Shown here: in pieces, positions 57,951 through 64,000 of the stretch
Numbering within the stretch: the stretch's first letter is position 1
How the letters are laid out: each line of letters opens with the position of its first letter
NCBI GenBank assembly: GCA_964626665.1
Contig: CAZVGK010000001.1
Span: 96,001 to 160,000, forward strand
Origin: an uncultured Gemmatimonadota bacterium
Lineage (GTDB): Bacteria > SM23-81 > DAOVCL01
Length of the DNA: 64,000 nt
Direction of reading: 5' to 3'
The notes under the pieces: generated by a model
Databases searched by the model: none
What the model saw: the letters and a program-made list of their open reading frames with translations, nothing else
Told to the model about the DNA's origin: nothing
Translations under genes and position numbers: made by a program

Positions 57951-58730
57951 ATGAACCTCTCCTCCTTGGATCACCGTTCCCTTCTGGCCTTTAGCCTACT
58001 CTTTATTAGGGTGCTAGGGTTGATATTTGCGGCCCCCTTCTTTGGCAACACGGCCATCCCCAAGAGAACGAAGGTGGGGCTCTCTCTGGTCTTGGCCGGT
58101 CTCCTCCTCCCTTTTATTCCCTTTCCACCACCGGTCCCGGATGGTCCACTGCCCATAGCCCTTGCTGTAATTAAGGAACTTCTTATTGGCGTTATTTTGG
58201 GGTTTTCCGTCTTTCTGCTCTTTGAAGCCGTAGTCTTCTTCGGCCAGGTGGTTAGCTACCAGATGGGGTTTGCTATCGTCTCCTCCATTGATCCGGAATC
58301 CCAGCAAAGGGTCCCTATCATCGGAAAGTTTGAATACCTTTTGGTCTTTCTGGTCTTCCTAGCGGTGAACGGACACCACCTCCTCCTCTCCGGCCTCTAC
58401 TCCAGCCTGCGGGTTATCCCCCTGGGGGAGGCATCCCTAAACTCCTCCCTCCTCCCCTTTATGATCGGTTCTACCAAAGGGGTATTTGCCATAGCCCTCA
58501 AGTTGGGGGCTCCTGTTATAGCTGCCCTTCTCTTCAGTGATTTAATAATGGGCCTGATGGCCAGGGCTATCCCTCAAATGAATGTTTTTATCATCGGTTA
58601 TCCCATCAGGATCGGGGTTGGTTTTCTGGCCCTGGCCTTTGGCATCCCCCTTCTGGTGGGCAACCTGCATCAGCTTTTTCGGGGTTTGGGGGGGGAGATC
58701 GCTACCCTGCTCAGGATTTTAGCCCCCTGA
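57951..58730 (+). CDS. fliR: Export gate protein FliR
   Basis: QMGF..DP, NGHH, RAIPQMNVF. Confidence 0.94.
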   Translation: MNLSSLDHRSLLAFSLLFIRVLGLIFAAPFFGNTAIPKRTKVGLSLVLAGLLLPFIPFPPPVPDGPLPIALAVIKELLIGVILGFSVFLLFEAVVFFGQVVSYQMGFAIVSSIDPESQQRVPIIGKFEYLLVFLVFLAVNGHHLLLSGLYSSLRVIPLGEASLNSSLLPFMIGSTKGVFAIALKLGAPVIAALLFSDLIMGLMARAIPQMNVFIIGYPIRIGVGFLALAFGIPLLVGNLHQLFRGLGGEIATLLRILAP

Positions 58731-58858
58731 GTAGAGGCTTATACAATTATCAATTAGCAAGTTAAAATGAAATGAAGACCGAAGTGTCACTTTCCATTGA
58801 TAATTGATAATTGATCATGACCATTTCTTAGCGGTGGACTTGAGCGCAAAGGAGAAAT

Positions 58859-59929
58859 ATGACCGAGGACTCCTTTCAGGAAAAGACTGAGAAGGCAACC
58901 CCCCGTCGGAGACAAAAGGCCCGGGAAAGGGGGAATGTAGCTAAGAGCACCGAGTTGAACTCTGCCCTCATCCTCTTGGCCAGTCTTGCTGCTCTGGGAT
59001 TTTTGGCCGCTGGTATGAGCAGAAGATTGATGGCTCTCTCTCGCTTCTTCCTCTCCCAGGGTTTTGCTATACAACTCAACCAGGTCAATCTCTATTCCTA
59101 CTTTTGCTTTGTTCTCAAGGCAATTTTTACCTTATTTGCTCCCTTTCTCTTGGTGGTCGCCATCGCCGGGGTAGCTTCTAACCTGGCTCAGGTTGGTTTT
59201 CTCTTTACCCTGGAGCCCCTGAAACCAAAGCTAAGTACCCTCAATCCGCTGTCCGGGTTCAAGAGGCTTTTCTCCCTTAAGGGGCTCTTTGAACTACCCA
59301 AGGCGGTCTTCAAGCTAATTATTATCGGAATAATCAGTTATCTCACCATTAAGGGTAAGCTAACTCAATTCTTTCTCCTCTCTCAAATGGGATTAAATGC
59401 GATGTTAAAGGTTATTGGGAAGGTTGCTTTACTCTTGGGGGTGAGGGTCTCCCTGGCGTTTCTCGTCCTGGCGGCAATTGACTATGCCTTTCAAAAGTGG
59501 GACTATGAAAAAAAGCTAAGGATGACCAAAGATGAGGTGAAAGAGGAGAGAAAGCAGTATGAGGGTGATCCATTGATCAAGGGAAGGATAAGGAGCGTGC
59601 AGAGGGAACTGGCTCGGAGGAGGATGATGAAGGAGATTCCCAAGGCCGATGTGATCATCACTAACCCTACTACCTTGGCGGTGGCCCTCAGGTATGATCC
59701 CGAAAAGATGTCTGCTCCTCAGGTGGTGGCCAAGGGGGCGAGGCTCCTGGCCCAGAAGATTATGGAATTGGCCAGGAAACATAATGTCCCCATAGTAGAG
59801 AACAGGAGGTTGGCCAGGCTGCTCTACAGAAAGGTCAAGGTTGGAGAGGAGGTACCTGTCGCCCTCTATCAGGCAGTGGCTGAGGTTCTTTCCTACATTT
59901 ATAAGTTGAAGAATAAGGTGATAGGCTAA
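58859..59929 (+). CDS. flhB: Export switch protein FlhB
   Basis: KTEKATPRR, EGDP, TNPT(T) cleavage site, VENRRLAR. Confidence 0.95.
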   Translation: MTEDSFQEKTEKATPRRRQKARERGNVAKSTELNSALILLASLAALGFLAAGMSRRLMALSRFFLSQGFAIQLNQVNLYSYFCFVLKAIFTLFAPFLLVVAIAGVASNLAQVGFLFTLEPLKPKLSTLNPLSGFKRLFSLKGLFELPKAVFKLIIIGIISYLTIKGKLTQFFLLSQMGLNAMLKVIGKVALLLGVRVSLAFLVLAAIDYAFQKWDYEKKLRMTKDEVKEERKQYEGDPLIKGRIRSVQRELARRRMMKEIPKADVIITNPTTLAVALRYDPEKMSAPQVVAKGARLLAQKIMELARKHNVPIVENRRLARLLYRKVKVGEEVPVALYQAVAEVLSYIYKLKNKVIG

Positions 59930-60076
59930 TAAAGCTTCGAATCTGTACAGATGGGGCTGCACGCTCTTTGTGGATGTTATCATCCACAAAGAGACTCCTT
60001 GCAAGCCCATGGTTACCAGAATGAAATATCGTCTCAAAGTTTAGTCACCTTAGCGAAGATAAGGCAACAGAAACCA

Positions 60077-62158
60077 ATGAGTAAACACCTTCCAGAAAAT
60101 AGTTTTGTCTCCCAGCTAGCCAAGAGGGGAGATACCATTGCAGCCATTGGGGTGATTGTGGTTATTACCCTGATTGTCATCCCTTTACCCCCTCACCTGT
60201 TGGATGTTCTCCTCACCTTCAACATCGCCTTCTCCTTGATCATCATCCTGGTTTCTATGTATACCCTAAAGCCCCTTGACTTCTCCGTATTCCCCTCCCT
60301 TTTGTTGGTGGTCACCCTCTTTCGGTTGGGCCTCAATGTATCTACCACCAGGCTTATCCTGTTGAAGGCCTATGCCGGAGATGTGATATTGGCCTTTGGC
60401 AATTTTGTGGTGGGGGGGAATTATGTGGTGGGGATAGTTATCTTCCTGGTGATAGTGGTTATTCAGTTTGTTGTTATTACCAAAGGAGCCACCAGGATAG
60501 CAGAGGTGGCGGCCAGGTTTACTTTGGATGCTATGCCGGGAAAGCAGATGGCCATTGATGCTGACCTCAATGCCGGCCTGATCGATGATGAAGAGGCCAG
60601 GAAGAGAAGGATGGAGATAGCCAGGGAGGCCAATTTCTATGGGGCAATGGATGGGGCATCTAAGTTCGTCAGGGGGGACGCAATTGCTGGCATCATCATC
60701 ACTACGATCAATATACTTGGCGGCCTGGTTATTGGAGTGCTCCAGAGGGGGATGCCCCTACCCACTGCCCTGCATACTTATACCTTGCTCACCGTTGGTG
60801 ATGGGCTGGTGGCCCAGATCCCGGCCCTGGTTGTCTCCACTGCGGCGGGTATAATCGTCACCCGAGCTGCTGCTGAGGCGGATATGGGGGCCGATATAGT
60901 CAAACAATTGTTAGTGCAGCCAAAGCCCATTGCCCTGGTGGCCATCACCCTTCTTTTTGTGGGGTTGGTCCCTGGTTTGCCCATGGTCCCGTTCTTCATC
61001 CTTTCCGCAGCAGCGGGGGGCATTGCCTACTTCTCCCGCCAGGCGCAGAGAAGGTCGGAGGAGTTGCCCCCTCCAGAGGCTGACCTCCAACCACCCAAGG
61101 GGGGGATCGAGGATATCAAACAGCTACTCCACATAGACCCTATGGAACTGGAGATAGGTTATGGGCTAATCCCCTTAGTGGACAAGGAACAGGGTGGTGA
61201 TCTTCTCGATCGGGTCTCTATGATTCGCCGCCGCTCCGCCCTGGAATTGGGAATTATCGTTCCTCCCATTAGGATAAGGGATAATGTGGCCCTGGAGCCT
61301 GACTCCTATCTAATTAAGATTAAGGGGACGGAGGTAACCAAAGGGAAGCTAAGGGGGGGGGCTCTCTTAGCTATGAACCCTGGCCTGGCTAAAGGTGAGA
61401 TAGAGGGCACGCCCACATCTGAGCCGGTTTTTGGCCTTCCCGCCTACTGGATCGAGCCTTCCCAGAAGGGGAAGGCGGAGAGGATGGGCTACACCGTTGT
61501 TGAGCCTCCGGCGGTAGTGGCTACCCACCTATCCGAGGTGATCAGATCCCATGCCGATGAGCTGCTTGGTAGGCAGGATGTGCAGAACCTGGTAGATGGG
61601 ATAAAGGAGAGCCATCCGGCCGTGGTGGAGGAGCTTATCCCTAAGGTGATGGGAATAGGAGGGGTGCAGAAGGTCCTCCAGAGGTTGTTAAAGGAGCGAA
61701 TAAGCATTAGGGACCTGGTGACTATATTGGAGACTCTGGCAGATTATGGGCCCATGGTCAGGGATATAGACCAACTGACCGAATATGTAAGGCAATCCCT
61801 TTCCCGTTCCATCTGCAAACAGTTCTCCGATGAGCAGGGGGAGATAAAGTGTCTTACCCTGGATCCTAAGTTGGAGCAGATTCTCTCTGATTCCATTAAA
61901 AGGTCGGAGACAGGGGCAACCCTGGCCTTGGAGCCGGGAATCGTCCGTAAGCTCTTCGATAGCATATCCGCTAAGCTGGAGAAGTTTGCCCCGATCAATC
62001 AGCAGCCTGTAATCCTCTGCCCGGCAAGCATAAGGGTCCACCTCCGCAGACTAATGGAAGGAATCCTGCCCAATTTGGTTGTTCTCTCCTATAAGGAGAT
62101 TGCCCCTTCCATAAAGGTAAACTCCATAGGGATGATAGGACTGGAAGATGAGAGTTAA
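60077..62158 (+). CDS. flhA: Export protein FlhA
   Basis: RFTLDAMPGKQMAIDADL, FYGAMDGASKFVRGD. Confidence 0.97.
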   Translation: MSKHLPENSFVSQLAKRGDTIAAIGVIVVITLIVIPLPPHLLDVLLTFNIAFSLIIILVSMYTLKPLDFSVFPSLLLVVTLFRLGLNVSTTRLILLKAYAGDVILAFGNFVVGGNYVVGIVIFLVIVVIQFVVITKGATRIAEVAARFTLDAMPGKQMAIDADLNAGLIDDEEARKRRMEIAREANFYGAMDGASKFVRGDAIAGIIITTINILGGLVIGVLQRGMPLPTALHTYTLLTVGDGLVAQIPALVVSTAAGIIVTRAAAEADMGADIVKQLLVQPKPIALVAITLLFVGLVPGLPMVPFFILSAAAGGIAYFSRQAQRRSEELPPPEADLQPPKGGIEDIKQLLHIDPMELEIGYGLIPLVDKEQGGDLLDRVSMIRRRSALELGIIVPPIRIRDNVALEPDSYLIKIKGTEVTKGKLRGGALLAMNPGLAKGEIEGTPTSEPVFGLPAYWIEPSQKGKAERMGYTVVEPPAVVATHLSEVIRSHADELLGRQDVQNLVDGIKESHPAVVEELIPKVMGIGGVQKVLQRLLKERISIRDLVTILETLADYGPMVRDIDQLTEYVRQSLSRSICKQFSDEQGEIKCLTLDPKLEQILSDSIKRSETGATLALEPGIVRKLFDSISAKLEKFAPINQQPVILCPASIRVHLRRLMEGILPNLVVLSYKEIAPSIKVNSIGMIGLEDES

Positions 62159-63188
62159 GGTGTTTTCCGCCCCCTCAGTGAGGGAAGCGCTGAACAGGAT
62201 AAAGGACGAACTTGGCTCCCAAGCGGTTATCCTGAAAACAGAGCAAGTGAAGGGGAAAGTAGAGATAACTGCAGCCACTGATGTCGATTATCCACCCCTA
62301 CAGAGGCAAAGGGGTAGGGTAGAGGGGATATACGATGTCTTAGATGAGCTCAGGGAGAAGGTTGACGTCATCTCCCAGACCTTGGTTTCCTCCCCTTTTC
62401 TCCCTCGCTCTCCCCTTTCCCAGCTCTGGTTTGTGCTCTTGGGGCGAAGGATAGGGGAGGAGACTTCCCTCCAACTAATCAAAAACCTGAAGAAAGACCT
62501 CTTTTCCGGGGGAGATGAGGAGGTGTTGTGGGATGAGCTCATCTCCCAACTGAGTTTGTTCCTCCCCTCGGAGGAGATTGGGGAAAGGCCAAAGGGGCCA
62601 GCCGTCGTCGCCCTCGTTGGACCCACCGGAGTAGGGAAGACCACAACTATCTCTAAATTAGCAGTTAACTTCTCAACTCTGCAGAGGAAGAAGGTTGCCC
62701 TTATCAGCATAGACAACTTCCGCCCGGCAGCAGGGGAGGAATTAGCCGAGATTGCTCAGAGCTTGGGAATCCCCTTGGAGCTGGCCAAGACTCCAGGGAG
62801 TATGGGAAAACTGCTGAGGGGTTTTCGGGATAGGGATTTCGTCTTTGTAGATACCGCAGGCCATAGCTATCTGGATACCCAGCAGATTTCAGAGTTGAAA
62901 TCCTTTCTCCAGCGGCTGCCCTTGCCAGAGATCCATCTCGTCCTTTCCTCTGCGACTAAGCCGGAGGACAACCTTGAGGCCTGGAGGAGATTTCACCCTA
63001 TACCCATCCACAAGCTCCTCTTTACCAAGCTTGATGAGACCACCTCCCCAGGGGGGATAATGGAGACCATTTTTAAGGCAAAGAGGCCGGTCTCCTACCT
63101 GACCAATGGACAGAGGATACCAGAGGATTTATGGGAAGCAGAAAGCAGAACGTTAGCCGAGATAGTTATGGGAGAGAGGACCTTATGA
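62148..63188 (+). CDS. flhF: SRP-type GTPase FlhF
   Basis: GPTGVGKTT, DTAG, TKLDE, GQRIPED. Confidence 0.93.
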   Translation: MRVKVFSAPSVREALNRIKDELGSQAVILKTEQVKGKVEITAATDVDYPPLQRQRGRVEGIYDVLDELREKVDVISQTLVSSPFLPRSPLSQLWFVLLGRRIGEETSLQLIKNLKKDLFSGGDEEVLWDELISQLSLFLPSEEIGERPKGPAVVALVGPTGVGKTTTISKLAVNFSTLQRKKVALISIDNFRPAAGEELAEIAQSLGIPLELAKTPGSMGKLLRGFRDRDFVFVDTAGHSYLDTQQISELKSFLQRLPLPEIHLVLSSATKPEDNLEAWRRFHPIPIHKLLFTKLDETTSPGGIMETIFKAKRPVSYLTNGQRIPEDLWEAESRTLAEIVMGERTL

Positions 63189-63946
63189 GAAAAATCCCTT
63201 ATATGATAAGCTTTCCCAGTGGAAAAGGGGGGGTGGGGAAAACCAATTTGGTGGCCAGTTTAGCAGTAGCCCTCTCCCAAAAGGGGAAGAGGGTAATGAT
63301 CTTGGATGGGGATTTGGGTTTGGCCAATGTGGACCTCCTCTTTGGGGTGAATCCATCTTTTACTCTCCAACATGTTCTCTTGGGGAGAAAGGATTTGCCG
63401 GAAATTATTGTAGATGGTCCCCAGGGGGTGCAGATCATTCCAGCCAGTTCGGGGGTGGATGACCTCCTTAGACTGGAGGAAAGGGAGATGAAGAGGTTGA
63501 TCAAGGAGTTCCGGCTCTTAGGTCAGAGCACAGATTTTCTCCTCATAGACACCCCCCCCGGCCTGAGTCCCAATGTGCTGAATTTTGTTTTGGCCTCTGA
63601 TCTGGCCATAGTCATTACCACCCCGGAGGTTACATCCATAACGGACGCCTATGCTACCATAAAGGTCATCTCCCTGCGACAGCCCACCCCGCAACTGCCC
63701 TTAGTAGTTAATATGGTCGGGGGAAAGAGGGAGGCATCCGAGGTGGTAGAGAGGATTGGACTGGTGGCTGCCAGGTTCCTTAAGGTTCAGGTAGAGAATT
63801 TGGGGTTTATCCCCTCTGATCAATCGGTCCCCCGATCAGTGGCTAAGCAATTGCCATTTTACCTGGCTTTCCCGCATTCTCCCGCCTCCCAGGGGGTTGC
63901 CACCCTGGCCCAGAGGTTGATAAAGCGGGAACCCTTTGGTGAATGA
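63185..63946 (+). CDS. flhG: MinD-like ATPase FlhG
   Basis: SGKGGVGKT, DGDLGLAN, TSITDAYA; follows flhF. Confidence 0.92.
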   Translation: MRKIPYMISFPSGKGGVGKTNLVASLAVALSQKGKRVMILDGDLGLANVDLLFGVNPSFTLQHVLLGRKDLPEIIVDGPQGVQIIPASSGVDDLLRLEEREMKRLIKEFRLLGQSTDFLLIDTPPGLSPNVLNFVLASDLAIVITTPEVTSITDAYATIKVISLRQPTPQLPLVVNMVGGKREASEVVERIGLVAARFLKVQVENLGFIPSDQSVPRSVAKQLPFYLAFPHSPASQGVATLAQRLIKREPFGE

Positions 63947-64000
63947 ACCAGATAATCAACAGATTGGCCAAAGCCGTTGCCTTCTCCTTGGCTGCGGTTA
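63943..64000 (+). CDS. Start of the next gene (hydrophobic N-terminus), truncated by the window end
   Basis: ATGA overlap with the flhG stop; MNQIINRLAKAVAFSLAAV. Confidence 0.5.
   Translation, partial: MNQIINRLAKAVAFSLAAV

Noticed and set aside
9200-59000. CRISPR array or diversity-generating retroelement
   Set aside because: Repeats are dispersed palindromes without regular spacers; no cas or reverse transcriptase genes; mismatches between the CTD copies are not adenine-specific
59665-59676. FlhB NPTT instead of NPTH
   Set aside because: The catalytic Asn-Pro is intact; variation at the fourth position is unlikely to matter
38579-63504. Many 60-250 aa antisense or overlapping ORFs within flagellar genes
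   Set aside because: Shadow frames of well-supported genes

Overview
Bacterial chromosomal window, most likely from a diderm FCB-superphylum-like lineage. This is inferred from the short RpoD-type sigma with an [10 protein letters not shown] motif, the NYPNPFN...FlgD-Ig/T9SS-like C-terminal domains and a TonB receptor. From left to right: end of trpE and trpG; an AT-richer GntR-controlled hydroxyproline-type catabolic cluster (GRE activase, a HypD-like glycyl radical enzyme with a non-canonical Cys-Val-Thr active-site loop, a MITE-interrupted Cys/Thr proline-racemase-family dehydratase, a deleted OCD/mu-crystallin reductase and a frameshifted DMT transporter); a Phd/RelE toxin-antitoxin pair; an ECF sigma/anti-sigma/secreted VIT-vWA module with a shared candidate ECF promoter; tRNA-Ile2(CAT) and tRNA-Val(CAC); zinc-ribbon protein, RNase HI, guaB, lemA, RNase P RNA and sigma-70; two GT4s, malQ and a GH13; a second TA pair with an attC-like site; a probable 6S RNA; a GT-C plus methyltransferase pair; a cobalamin-riboswitch-controlled TonB operon with three CTD-bearing secreted proteins; and a ~25 kb flagellar operon (flgC to flhG) with Na+-type stator signatures and an inserted Ig/NHL lipoprotein. 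Intergenic spaces are crowded with nested REP/MITE-like palindromes. All calls come from reading motifs by eye; no database searches were run.
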